A DNA stretch of 61,985 nt from Vicugna vicugna. Lineage: Eukaryota. The notes beneath the pieces are model-generated. The model had not been told where the DNA came from and searched no databases. It was given only the letters and a program-made list of their open reading frames with translations. The position numbers and the translations under genes are program-made. Below are positions 13,053-25,304 of the stretch, one piece after another (position 1 is the first letter of the stretch; every line of letters begins with the position of its first letter). The stretch is taken from contig MU057726.1 in assembly GCA_013265495.1 (NCBI GenBank), positions 1-61,985 of the forward strand, read 5' to 3'.

Positions 13053-15484
13053 CTTCAGGGAAAACAAAGAAAAGGCAGAATGGAGGTGTTAAACTGAGAG
13101 GTGGAGATGAGAGCAAAGGGCTTGGCTCTTGGCTACATCAGCCTGCGGTCTTGTAGGCAGTCCTACGGCTTTTGTCTTAGGTTGGGTTATCAGCAAATCT
13201 CAGTCCTAATGGAAATGCCAACACAGGGAAACCCCACGTTGAGATGCCCTGAATTCTAGACAGACAATCTGATCAATTGTCCACATGCTCTTTCCTTCAA
13301 CATTTTGGACATTTTGGAAAAAATGAACAGATAAAGATGACAAGTTGTAAAAATGTGTCTTTGTTATGTCAGCTCTACTGGATGAAGCAAATCACTGTAA
13401 ATTGGTTAAAAATAAAAAAGGAAAAAGTCTCTATTGACAAACGAATCCTAGCCTATTTCCCCTTTTTTGCATGAAGCTAGTTTTCTTTCTCTTTATTCTT
13501 TCATCAAAAATTAAGTATATGAAATATATTGAAATTTAAAAATACAATGGCAAAGAGTATGTAAACCTAGCGATTTTTCATCTCTTTGTAAGTAAAGCTT
13601 CAATAAAATAACACCAGAATTTTGCATGCCCTACTCATAAGTCCACAGAAATAGGGTCAAGGTGCCTTGAGTAGACCTGAATACGACTTCATGAAACTTT
13701 ATGTGTGCAGGTATTTGACAGTTATAACTGCCTTTAGATTTCATGAAATTTCACATACTATGGAGAGGAGGTAGAGTCCCTGACATTTTTTGTCTCCTAC
13801 AAGCAAGGTTTTTCAGCATTTAGTAGTGCCTGCAAGGAGGATTGGGGCGGCCCACCTTGTACCGCCAGGATGGATCAGTGCTAATTTCTCTTTCCCTAGA
13901 AGTCTACGTGGGATTGGACCTTTAGGAGGTAACAAATTAATTTAACTTTATACAGTTCTCAATTTTGTCGTTAATTTTAAAAACCAAATTATTTATCATA
14001 TGTTTCTATTTTCCCAGTATTAAAAGGATTGAAGAAAGTTATTTGGCAAGAATAGCACAATAAAAATAACAAGATTGAAGAGGGAGAAAACAAAATTAAA
14101 AGGAGAAAAGCAAATGTACTATGCCTTAGTACTGGTATAAGTCTAACTACACATCTTAGAGCGAACAGGAAAATGTTTTATATCATAACTCTCTTTACTT
14201 GAGAGAGGGAAATACATTATTTCCTCAGTCATACAAAGCCTTCAGGTGTCCCAAATGCTTACACGGGTTTCCTCCTGGGACATGAGGTTGGAGCTGTAGA
14301 GAGATGCAGTACACAAAGTCCATAAGGGTAGTGTTATAGCAGATTCAGCTCCCGTTTTCAGTGGCTTTGGCAGGAAGTCTAAAGTTGCCCACTAGAATGC
14401 AGTCCAGTGGAGGTGAATCTGTTACACACTCAAGCACTGTAACTGGAATATACAGCCATCATACCTGGTTTGATCCAAAGCTTGCATGTGAATTACTTTG
14501 AAAAGCGGCCATACAGCTTATCTCCTAAATCATCTTCCAGGAATGTCTTTTCTTTCTACCAGGACTCTGAGAGATGTTTTAAGCCAGACAGGGTAGCAGG
14601 ATAATTTCACCCAGGACTGGAATAAGAAGTATGCTCTCCTGTTAACTAGGGAGAGTAGCTTAAGTTTCTTAGATTTGGAAACCAAGCACTGTGTGAAATA
14701 CCAGGGCAGGTGAACTGCCAGGGTGTAACCAGCACAACCAGCCTCTTAGGAAATAAATTATGTCTCCCCCAGTTCCTGCCTTCCTGCTTGGATGAGGACT
14801 CAAAGTTCCTCACCGTGAAGCATGACGAACATGGTTTTACTTTGAAAAAGGACCATAGCGTCTGCTACCAGACACCCACCAGGACAGTTGTAAAACCTCA
14901 GTAACGCAAGAGAATAAGAACCGAGTTCTAAGAACGTGATCTCCCCATGTGCCTGCAACACTGTTTTACTACAAAAGGCAGTTTTATGAAGCTGATCAAA
15001 TAAATCATCTAAAGAGAGTGACTTGTACTGACTACTTAATGAGTACAGTTCAATACACTTAAAAAGCATCTTTCCAAGACAACTTTTCAAAAGCAATGTT
15101 AATTAATGTTTTGGAAATTAAAAAAACAAATAGCCAAGCCATTGTTTCTTTAGGCCATTCCTGTTTCATCGTAATAAAACAAGCAGATAGTGTACAGAAA
15201 AATACTTCTTCTCAGCTCCATTTTAAGAGACTCAAACATTCAATTAATGTAAAACTAGTGTCAAACATTAGGTTATAAAATTTATATAAGATATAAATTT
15301 AAAAGGAGAGACCGAGACACACCTTTGCTTTGGGTTGTAGAATTTTACATAATTTACAGAGTCACTAATTACGCAAGTTACAGGCACTTTTTATTATTTG
15401 ATTTTCTCAATTTCTTTCCACCATAGCTCCAATATGTAAAACGTCTCAAAAAGTAAGTTTTAAGGGGCAATGGGGAAAGTCTAC

Positions 15485-15851
15485 TGTATTAGTCAGCTTG
15501 GGCTGCCATGGCAAAGATACCATAAACTAAGTGGTTTAAACAACAAAAATTTATTTCTCACAGTTCTGGAGGCTGGAAGTCTGAAATCGGGGTACCAGCA
15601 TGATGGATTCTGGTGAGGGCTCACATCCTGTCTTGCAGACTGCCGCCTTCTGGCTGCGTCTTCACACGGCAGAGGAGGCCCAAGCAAGCATTTTGGTGTC
15701 TCTTCTTAAAAGGGCACCAGTCCCATCATGACAGCCCCATTCCCATGACCTATTCTAACTCTAATTACCTTCCAAAGGCTCCATGTCCAATTACCATCAT
15801 ACTGGGATTTAGGGTTTCAGCCTGTGTATTTTGGACATCCAGTCTATAACA
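15485..15851 (-). mobile_element. MLT1A-type solo LTR
   Basis: tgtattagtcagcttgggctgcc...atttctcacagttctggaggctggaagtc...agtctataaca. Confidence 0.9.
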
Positions 15852-17204
15852 TCTACCAAGCTGAGATTCTAGGCAGAAGCAAAATCAAGATCAAAACCAA
15901 GTAATGACAAGCAGAGAAACAGAAGCAGAGGTGAAGAGACAGAGTAAGAATGCTTGTGACAGGAGAACCTATGAATTAAGGCAGCTGGGTCAGTTAAGAC
16001 TACTCTCAGAGGAGAATGAAATCTATTTCTGGGTCCTGAGGAGCCTTAATGTCTTGCTCCAGGATCTGTTTTTAATCTGACCACCTGACTTGCAGGAGCT
16101 GCCTCTCTCTCTCGCTGTGTATTCTTAATGTTTGTTCATATTCATAATGTGAGTTTGCTATTGACTACATAGTGTAGCAGAAGAATCTTTCTGTATTTTT
16201 GGACCTGTCTTTGCTTAGTGTCCCCTTAGTGTCTTTAAGGACAAAGACTTATTTCTTATACCATATCTAAATGGCTGCATTAGCAGCCAATTTCACCCTG
16301 TAATATAATGTTAGTGTTTTTATAATTTACCGAAATGCTTCCTTTTCTCTCACATCCATTCCTAACCCTAGATTTCACTTTTTTCTCCAGCTTCACCCTC
16401 TGGAAATTAATCTTTCTTCTTCTAGCCATGTCATTGTAGCTTTCAAGTTTTTCTCTGCATAACTTTTATATATTTTACATTTAGAGTTTTAAAATACCAC
16501 TTGATATTTTTCTTAAACTGTGTTTGAAAGGAGAGTTTGGTTTTTTTTAAGATCAATTTTTTTTATTAGTTCAGGGAAGTCGTAAGTGGAATGACAACAT
16601 TTTATGCCGCCTTCCTCAAGGACACAATATTCTTAAGATGAGTTATGAAAAATTAACATTTTGCCTTTGACTCTGTGGATAACTTTGACTCAAAGGCCAT
16701 CGCCAAATGCCATCAGAAAATGTTAATTCCTGGCAGGCTATTCTCTGGAGAGAAATCCCCACCACTCTCATATATATATCTTTATATATTTCCTGTGTCC
16801 TCTGTGAGGTATGACTACCTTGAAAGAAACCAAAGCTTTCTTTCTATTTTGCAGTAGATCTGTGTCAAGACAAAATCGTGGTATTTTGCCAAATATTTCT
16901 GTGGTATTTTTCTGATTATAAGTAATATCTTCTCACTATGGAATATTTGGAAAATATGAAAACTATGCAATGGAAAATAAAAATCACTTGAAGCGCAGAT
17001 ATAAATAGCATTAACATTTCAGAGCATTTCCTTTTAGTCTCTGTGTGTGTATAAATATAGTTTACATCACATTGTGCACTGACTTCTGCGCCTTGCCATT
17101 TTGCATAGCATTATATTAATAGTGTGTTTCCATGTCATTAAAAACATCAGAAGTGTCACCTCTAAGGAGTGTAAAATGCTATGCTGATGGTCATTTCTCT
17201 AGTA

Positions 17205-17595
17205 GCAGCTTTATTGAGGTACAATTTATATACTTAGATTCATATAATTCACCAATTTAAAATTCTACAATTCTATGGCTTTCAGTGTATTTATAGAGTT
17301 GTGCCAATCCAATCCATCACCACAACCAATTCTAGAATATTTTCATTACTCCATCAAAAAAAAAAAACTTTTTAGCTATCACCTCCAATTCCCCCAGCCC
17401 TCCAGCCCTAGGTAACCACAAATCTATTTTCTGTATTGATAATCCTAATGTACATTTTATGTAAATAGAATCACAGATTATGTGCTCTTTGTGACTGGCC
17501 TCCTTCACTTAGCATAATGTTTTCAACGTTTATCCATATTGCAGTGTGCATCAGTACTAGATTCCTTTTTATGGCCAAATAATATCCGATTGCAG
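17205..17595 (-). mobile_element. L1MA/MB-type 3' end
   Basis: cagctttattgaggtacaattt...cagccctaggtaaccacaaatctattttctgt...cttcacttagcataatgttttcaa. Confidence 0.8.
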
Positions 17596-17759
17596 GGCTG
17601 TGTTTTTAAGGTAAGTCTCTATAAAGCAAAGATACTGATTCTAAGCTTGTCACGATTTGTTGATGGAGTTTTACATGGTAAAGAGGATCATTTTTTAAGC
17701 TTTTTTTCAAGTCAAATATATTGATTTTTCCCCCCTTCTCCGATGTCCTTTCTTCTCTA

Positions 17760-17880
17760 TGCATTCAACAAGTACTTACAGATTATAAAATAACTAGGCT
17801 TTGTACAGGCTTTGTGAATACAGTGTGAACCAAATTGACACAGTTCCTGCCTTTACAATTCTGTGAGGAGCCCAACTTTT
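17760..17880 (-). mobile_element. L2 3' end fragment
   Basis: cattcaacaagtactta...gaatacagtgtgaac...gacacagttcctgcc. Confidence 0.55.
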
Positions 17881-17922
17881 ACAAATAGCTGTACAAATAA
17901 AGATAGAATCAAAATTTAAAAC

Positions 17923-18488
17923 TGAGACAAGACCTAGCCACGCCCTCTAGAGCACAGCTGCCGTCAAACAAAGCTGGGTTTATCGGCTCATTGCTATGAG
18001 AGAGAACACACACCAGGGGGAGCCATGGAGCAGCTCAGTGACAGTGTCGGGGGTGGGCGTTGTAGAACTGGGGCTTCTGTGACATGATTTTGGAGAAAGT
18101 TCAAGAAAGCATAGTTTCGGTCTGAATTGAGTGCTGTCAGAAAGCAAGGGCAATTCTATAATTGGGGTATCGCAATTTTTTATCTAAAGCCTGGGCGAGT
18201 GAAGCAGGGTAAAGCTATATTTGGTAAAGCAGCCCCAGCCACTCTTGCAGCTAAGGGAGGTGGGTGTCTGACTGCTCCGTGATTTGGACTGTGTTCTTGA
18301 TTTTGGCTGTGCTCAGGCTGACATGATTAAGGAGGGGTCTTGTTTTGCTTTTGCTCCTTCTCAGTCACAGACTGGCCTTGTCTGATGTGTTCCGTGACCC
18401 TCCTGATGTCCAGCAGAACCGCGTGGCCTAGCTGTCAGAGCCAGGCCCGCTCAGCAGGCTGCCACCAGGGAAACTTCTGTCTTTCTCA
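17923..18488 (-). mobile_element. ERV1 LTR (MER4/MER34-supergroup-like), 3' LTR of a minus-strand provirus remnant
   Basis: TG...CA termini on the minus strand (TGAGAAAG...TCTCA); directly downstream of env-TM; weak purine-rich PPT-like sequence at ~18490-18503. Confidence 0.7.
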
Positions 18489-18599
18489 GTATCATCTTTT
18501 GGCCACAAGTGGACAAAGTAGACCCGCAAGATACGAATGTACAATATGCAGGTCATTATCATTGCCACGAGTTTACTGATCATATGGTTGTTTGGAGAA

Positions 18600-19120
18600 G
18601 ATTGTCTGTAGTTGGATTTGGGTCAGTCTTTCTTGCTCCTTTTGTTAGAGGAGGAGCCACTGAACGATCTGATGTGACAATGGCTGTGTAATAACACTTA
18701 AGATTTGGGGAGGGATCCAGCAGCCAGTTGTAACTCAGCCAGTCACCAAGGGGGAGAAACTGCTGATCAATCCCTGTAAGAGAACCTGAAGCAAGAGGTA
18801 AATTACCAAATGCAGCCGATAAAAATTTGTCACAACATTCACCTGGGTCTTTTCTACACACCTGCTTTGCTTTTTACCCCTAGTCATGGATTTTTTTACT
18901 TGATCTGTAATATTTATATAGGTGCAGTCAGATGTGTTATTATAAGCATCAGCTGCCTGTTGGCTACCTAAAAGAGAAGTCAAATGCTATGCAATGCCCA
19001 TGGCAATCCTGACTAATGGGTTCAAATTGTTTTGTTGGACCTTGAAAGCAGAAGTTGTGTTCTCTGTTCTCATAAACAGTAGTGATTTAAAGGGGTTTAG
19101 AATCCAGCGGAAATATAAAT
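18600..19120 (-). pseudogene. env: ERV1 envelope TM remnant (heptad repeat, immunosuppressive domain, degenerate CX6CC)
   Basis: Translates across frameshifts as ENTTSAFKVQQNNLNPLVRIAMG/HCIAFDF/LLGSQQAADAYNNTSDCTYINITDQV, cf. gamma-type SLNSLA.VVLDNRIALDFLLA.QGGVCA..NTSCCTYIN.TGQV. Confidence 0.85.
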
Positions 19121-19309
19121 ATTGAAAATCTCAGCAGAAGTGAACTGATGATTGTGTTCTTAAAATGGGAAACTTTTCAGAGTGGAGTTAAATAGCTGCT
19201 GAAAAGCTAGCTGGAGTGTCTCTGAAGAGAACAAATTGAATATTTTAGCCAAGACAGCCCTAATATTTATTCTTATTCCTGATAGGCTAGACTTCGCTGG
19301 TAGGGTTGA

Positions 19310-19472
19310 CAAGTCTGGCTATGTAATTTGCAAGACTCAACGCAAAATGAAATCACGGCCCATTTGTTCAAGAATTATTGAGAAATTCAAGATGGCAATA
19401 GCAAAGCATTAAACTATTCTGAAATTCTAAGGGCGAGGCTATGTGATACTGCACAAATTGTGTGCCAGTGAA
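19310..19472 (-). mobile_element. MER45A (hAT-Tip100) MITE
   Basis: ggctatgtaatttgcaagactcaacgcaaaatgaaatc...ttgttcaagaattattgagaaattcaagatggcaatagcaaagcattaaac matches the reverse complement of MER45A. Confidence 0.8.
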
Positions 19473-19539
19473 TGATTGTAATAACTTCAGGGAAACTTTC
19501 TGTCAATGTTGAGTCAAGGTCCAGTTTTTACAGGACTGA

Positions 19540-19973
19540 AATCCGGATTAATTGCATAAGCTATTCACCAGGAGGAACCTATAGAAAGCGTTTCTGGGGC
19601 CCTGAGCATGCACCTTGCAGAGCTCTAACGTAAGGGAGTGTAGGAAACTACACTCCATCGCCATGTTTGAGTTGACACCATGCTTCCAAAGGTTGTTGCC
19701 AGCCAGTGGGTAAGCACTTTAGTGACACCAAGGCAGCGCCAATCCTAGGATGCAGGGGACTCTGCTACTGGACACCTTTTCCTCCTGGATTCCCCAATAG
19801 CCTTGCTAAACCTTCCATAGACTACACACTGGTCTAAAAAAAATTATTTTCTCCTTCACTCGGGCTCAGACTTACATGGAGTCTGATGGGTCTCCCAGCC
19901 TCATTTTTATTCACAGGCATTTCCCCTAATAAATTTCTTTGGATCTGCTTCTTGCAAGACCTGGACTAACACA
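19540..19973 (+). mobile_element. LTR16-type (ERV3-16A3/ERV-L) LTR
   Basis: 3' end tcacaggcatttcccctAATAAAtttct...ctgcttcttgcaagacctggactaacaca followed by aatggtacca (start of internal region); 5' boundary approximate. Confidence 0.72.
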
Positions 19974-20991
19974 AATGGTACCAAATGTGATCAGACCAGG
20001 GGCCGTGATCTGATGGAAGCTGTGGAGCAGTTTAACCATCGTGGTGTTTCTAGGGGCAACATAGACAGGCAGCCCTCGAGATGGTGCTTCTGATCTAGAA
20101 CCAAAGGAACAAGAACAGGAGAAGAGGAAGCTAATCACAATTTCCAAATGAAATGCCCTCTTGCAAAGTTCCCACAATTCATTGATTGAAGAAGTCGGTG
20201 AGGCCCTAAGAGGAAGGGCCCTGGGACACCGTGGCAAACATGTGTCATAACTATTCCCTTAAGTTCCCTACGCCCATCTCCTCAGGTGACAGTATGCCGG
20301 ATGCTGGGCAAAGGAAACTATGAAGACGTTTAGAGGAATATTGAACACAGGTTATGAGTTGACTTTGATGATCAGAGACACAAAGCATCATCACGCTCTG
20401 CCCCTGTTAGAGCAGGGAGCCTACAGAGACCTGACATATATGGGGTCCTGCCTTATAGTGTGCCCACTGCATCCAGGGCCGCCGAGTAGCCATTTCCCCA
20501 GCGCCTGAGTGCATCATTGCAATTGATAAATATGGCGATCGGAGTAACTCTTTCATTGGGTCTCTTCTCTGTGAAGGAAAAGCTACCATACTGGGAAAAG
20601 CCAAAAGTAAACCTGAAACTGCTCTCCCCCCTCAACACTGGCCAAGATAGTAAATCAAAAACAGCCGTTTTTCCTCACCAGGACAGACCCCTATTCAGAT
20701 GTCGGCTTGCCTCTCCTGAGCAGAACCTCAGCTAGCATTCCTATCTGGGGGCTTCCTGGAAGCCTGATGCACAGCAGTAGAATCCCACTCAGCGTGGCTC
20801 CCAACCAGCTCACAGGAGTGACCACGACGAGCCACCTTCCCAGCACCCACCCTGCACCGTCCAGAGGCAGCTGGCCTCATGGAAGGCCGGACTCGCTTCG
20901 AAACGTGCAGCTGAAGCTCCAGTTCTGAGAAATCACTGTGAATAATGGGGTGCCATCCTTTAGGACAGAGTGTATCTATTATGTCAGAGAC
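19974..20991 (+). mobile_element. Heavily deleted ERV-L internal region (protease and integrase fragments)
   Basis: KTFRGILNTGYELTLMIRDTKHHH...GAY resembles ERV-L protease TFRGLLDTGSELTLIPGDPKHH...GAYG; integrase-like WGAIL.D at ~20946. Confidence 0.8.
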
Positions 20992-21920
20992 TCCAGGAAA
21001 GGTCTTAATCCATTCTGAGAATAAACAATTACCAGAACATATTTACAGCTCGTCTTCATTTCTTATTTATACAGTCTTATCAGAAGTATGGTGCTGGGGG
21101 GTAGGCCTTGCATTGCACACATCTTCGGAAATACTCTTAAAATTACCTCATCAATGTTGAGTCAACATCACCGCCGATTTATCTTTGCTATTGTAAATAA
21201 TATCCTGAAGCATTTTTGCTAAACTCCACCATTATTATGTCTATCTTCTTAAGTAATAGAAAAGCATGTGGAAAAAAAAAAAAACTTTGTCTTCCTGAGA
21301 TTTTTCTGTAGAAGTCAAGAAACACTACAGTAGCTGAAGTCATAGACTAGCCCCAAATCAGGCTCACTTTTAGCACAAATATTTGCTCCTTTACCTTTTG
21401 CTAGCTGGCAGATCTGTGCAAGGACAATTAAATTCATGATCTGAACTGATTTAATTTCTGGGAGCGGCTTACATTTCAATAGTAAATTCAGATCTGTTGT
21501 AACATAACCTGCCTCGCAATCTGCAGCCTTTCTTTTGAAGTTAAGCCATCAACAAACAAAACTAAATTAGAGATACTCAAGGGAGTCTCTACTGGGACTT
21601 TTGCAGGGTTTGGCGAGTCTCCTGAGAGAGGTGAGCAGTCTTGGCGTTCTCCTCTTCCGGGTTTAGAGTGTTGCAGCAATGGTAGTGCAGGGGGAAAAGG
21701 TAGCTAGCTGAGAAGTTCTGAGTGTGTTCTGTCAGTAGAAGAGTCTGCATAGTAAATCACTAATTTTAAGGACAAGTCTAGAACTACACCTGTTGATGTT
21801 TTTCACAAGATTTGCCACTGCTTCTGTAGCTCTTGGATGTATTGGATATACCTTGGCTATTGCAGCTAATGAAAGATTGAAGCAGGCAATGGGCTTTCTA
21901 TGTGTTGATAGAGTAACCTG
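20992..21920 (-). pseudogene. pol: ERV1 pol remnant (RT connection, RNaseH, integrase N-term and core)
   Basis: HRKPIACFNLSLAAIAKVYP..RATEAVANLVK (cf. RPVAY.S..LD.VA.G.P.CLRA.AA.A.LV); ETPLSISNLVLFVDG (RNaseH); KDK..MLTQH*.GNF..ISEDV (IN zinc-finger region); KYVLVIV/FSEWIKTFP (IN core). Confidence 0.85.
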
Positions 21921-21929
21921 AATCCATTC

Positions 21930-22306
21930 AGGTGTTTCTGTCCCCCAAGAATTCATATTTTGAAGTTCTAATCCTCTGTGTAGCTATATTTGGAGTAAGG
22001 AAGTAGTTATGGTAAATAAAGTCCTAAGGTTGGGGCCCTGATCCAATAGGGTTAGTGTCTTTATAAGAAGAGACACCAGAGTTTGACTCTCTTTCTATTC
22101 CTGTGTGTGTGCACTGAGGAAAGGCCATGTGAGTACATAGCGAGAAGGCGGCCATCTGCAAGCCAGGAAAAGAGCCCTCACCAGGAACAACCAGGCTGGC
22201 ACCCTGGGCTCAGATTTCCAGCCTCTGGAATTGTAATGAGATAAATTTCTATTGTTTAAGTCATTCACATCCAATCTGTGGTATTTTGTCATGGCAGACT
22301 AATGCA
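21930..22306 (+). mobile_element. MLT1A-type solo LTR
   Basis: tgtttctgtcccccaagaattcatattttgaag...ggggccctgatccaatagg...ccagcctctggaattgtaatgagataaatttctattgtttaag...gactaatgca. Confidence 0.88.
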
Positions 22307-22713
22307 GTACCCTCAAACCCTGTCTAGATTCCTCATGAATAAAAATAAAAGGGAATAAAAGTTAGAAAGGAGCTGTTTGGAAAAGTAGTTTATCAGGCTG
22401 GTAACATTTTTATGAGCAAACATTTTTAATGTGTTAACACTAGTTTAATAAATTTTCTTTTAAGGTTTATTTTTATAGGTTATAGAGTTGCTAATTAGAA
22501 CACCCTCAAATTACCAAGGAGTTAATATTTTTGCCAACTGAATCATATTTGAAAGAAAGGCAGAAGCTGTGCTGGGCACAGATGAAAAAATACAAAATTT
22601 TAAATATGTAGCATCATCCTTGATTAAAATGCTTTTGAAAAGAAAAAATTTTTAATTAAAAGGGGTTTATAAATCAAGCACCCTAAAAACAAAGCATTTT
22701 CATAGACACTTAC

Positions 22714-22807
22714 TGCACCACCCTTGCACTTAAAAATGAGTATTAACAGAATATTTGAAGGACGTAAGGAACCCCTGCCAGTGTGGGCGTAAAATAACTT
22801 GGGCATG
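22714..22807 (-). other. Candidate internal exon (94 nt) of a minus-strand transcript
   Basis: Strong acceptor catctttttttctgtag| and consensus donor GCA|gtaagt; more GC-rich than its AT-rich flanks; non-repeat. Confidence 0.5.
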
Positions 22808-23189
22808 CTACAGAAAAAAAGATGCAAATGTTAATTTTACTCCTTTACATTACTCATTTAACAATTGGTAGTAAAAGATTTTTTTATATACCTTTGCATA
22901 GGTTAGGCATATGAAAATTTCTAAATATATACTTGAAGCATTTGACTGTACCTTTTAAAAATGTAACTAATCAATCAGTAGGTTAAACGAAACAAAGTAC
23001 ATATTACGTTCAATTTACTATCTTGATAAATGGTAATAACTTTCTTAATAAAAAAGAGAAAATCATATTCATGATCATGTATGTACATTTATATTTCTGT
23101 AGAGAGTCAGTTATAGTATCTTTGACTGAAGTAACCAGTTGTTTTTTTTCTCCAGAAACAAGAGAAAACTGGAGGGTAGACAGGGTGGA

Positions 23190-23300
23190 GTCAAAGCCTC
23201 CAGCCTAAGCCAATTGAACTGGAATCCTTGGAGGTGGGGCATTAATATCTGCATTTTAAATAAGCTCCTTTGGTGATTTCTTGCACATTAAAATTTGGAA
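23190..23300 (+). mobile_element. MER5-type hAT-Charlie fragment
   Basis: gaatccttggaggtggggc...atctgcattttaaataagctcctttggtgatttcttgcacattaaaatttg. Confidence 0.6.
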
Positions 23301-24014
23301 TGTGATCCCTGTATGGGATAAAGGGATGGGAGAATGAAGGGTAATGGGCCAGGAGAGAGAAGAAAGGATTTGAATAGAGATAAAAAGACTGATCAGAAAG
23401 ACTAATTCGTACAGGGCTATTTCAAGGGCTTTATTTAGTCCTGTCGGCTAGATATTACTGAGAAACAGGGATTCTACAATATCCTTCAGGGCTCACCATG
23501 AGGTTATTAGCTCTAATTGGCTCCCCTAATAAATATTCAACTGGCAAGACTTTAGTGAAGAGAGAATTCTATTTTAAAAAAAATGTAAATCCTGTGGGAA
23601 TTTATATATGAATAAACCAGGAAATGTCAAAGAAAGTAGGAGAATTTCATCGAAAATTCTTACTATTGCCTTGAATGATTGCAAGCTTAGCAAAAAAGCT
23701 GAGCGTGAATCTGAAACATAAGACAAAGGCAAACAGACGTTCTATTCATTGGAATCTGAATATTGGTCTTCTTGCTGTTGACATTCTTTTGAAAGAATCA
23801 CAAGCCAAGATAGTGAGTCTATTTGAGTCAAAAACAGACATACTCAGGGAGAGAGACGTGCAAATGTGGGGTGGGGTGATGCAGTGCCCATCTGAAGTGG
23901 TCCTGCCCACACTCACGGTACCATATGGGTGATCATTTATAAGAGAGGGTGGCTGAAAGAACAGGTTGATGTCCACGTCAACTCTTGGCCATGAGGCTGA
24001 AGAGGACCTGGGGG

Positions 24015-24215
24015 CAGGGCTGCATAATGACATTCTGAGTCCTAGGAACTTTTGTCTTGGTGGTCCCTTTTCTCCGTAAAAGAATATCAGAGACCTCATT
24101 TGGTGACTATGTTAGTGTATAAACAGATACAATCCAGGCTGACTTCATTATGACCCTGAAAGCATCATGGGTCCTGGCACTGTGTCCCCTCTGCCTGCTG
24201 GGTCAGTCAGCCCTG
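24015..24215 (-). mobile_element. hAT-Tip100-type MITE (MER96-like) with intact TIRs
   Basis: Terminal inverted repeats CAGGGCTG (24015) / CAGCCCTG (24208-24215); internal cacagtgcc-ggacccatga and cagcctggatt motifs on the minus strand. Confidence 0.7.
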
Positions 24216-24489
24216 GGCCAGAGGACATAGCAGTGGTCAGAAAAGAAGCCACAGTGGGAGGACACCCGAAGTCCCAGACTGAAGAGTCTCACTGCTCAGG
24301 GACAACAGAAGAAAGATGATTTTTAAGAAAAGAAAGGAAATATACAGTAATGACCAGGTAAACAGCTCCCCAGGAGAAGGGGACAAAAGCCCAGACTGTA
24401 GCTTTTGCCAGTTTCTAAGGTGTAAATACCCTCTTTCTGTCCAGTTGTGAGCTGCCAATGGTTTAGCAGCCAGTTCCAAAATTTCCTGG

Positions 24490-24680
24490 GTATTTATCAA
24501 TCCGGTCTTGTGGCCTGTATGAGCGCGCACTGTAGAGACTGCTACCAGTCTTCAGGACATTTTACGTCTTCTTAGTAACCCACGCAAGGCAACCTGATGA
24601 CGTAACTGGACTTCAGGACTGGTCTTACGCGCGGTCACGTGACAGCCCCCAGCCTTCTTCTCCCTGTTGCTAACAATAGC
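24490..24680. promoter_or_regulatory. Compact promoter-like element (CRE-like, MYB-like and E-box/CLEAR motifs)
   Basis: Local CpG cluster; TGACGTAA 24598-24605 overlapping TAACTG 24603-24608; perfect GTCACGTGAC 24634-24643; GCGCGC 24522-24527. Confidence 0.6.
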
Positions 24681-25304
24681 CTGAAAATTACTCCAAAATT
24701 AAGGAGACCTAAAAATTCAAATTAAACCCTAATCTATTCTCTGGGTGATAGTAATATAACCCCTTATTACCAACTAGTCAAGATGTAACTCTGACATCAT
24801 ATTCTTTCATTGGGATAAGAGCGTACAGAGGGAAACATCTGGAGGAACCTAAAGTCAAACTTTCTCAACCTGCATTTCGTCTTGAGAGCTGCCTTGTCCT
24901 TGCTTTACGCCGGGGGCCAGGGACCCCGGGGCTGAGGTCACTTTACATTCAATAGTTGTAGCCTTTTTTTTGCAGCTGTGATTTGAGTAACTGTGTCTGG
25001 GTTCTTTTATAGCAATATGTTACCCCGAATAAGTAAGCCTCTTTTTTCCCCAATAAGGAGCATTTCCAGCTGGTTTCTACAGAATATTAATGATGGAAGT
25101 TTCAACAAATAATAATGCCCTTAAGGAGGAGAGCTGCCCCTCGTTTTCTTTTGTTCTGTTTTTCTTTTGATTTTTTTTTGTTTGTTTAATGGAGACCACA
25201 CTATGGTATTTGTGTCTTAAAAACAGAAATTATATATATAATTATATATAATAAATATAATTAATGTATTTATGTATATTTTGTATATTGTATACAACCA
25301 CAAC

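Noticed and set aside
18600..19120. Possible domesticated env (syncytin/HEMO-like)
   Set aside because: Frameshifts, stops, a degenerate CX6CC and an insertion upstream; no intact ORF
19503..21165. 15-bp direct repeat TCAATGTTGAGTCAA (19503-19517 and 21151-21165) that looked like a TSD around the LTR16/ERV-L block
   Set aside because: ERV1 integrase-like sequence continues through the right copy down to ~20992, so the repeat does not bound the insert. There is no poly(A) tail. Likely chance or an internal duplication.
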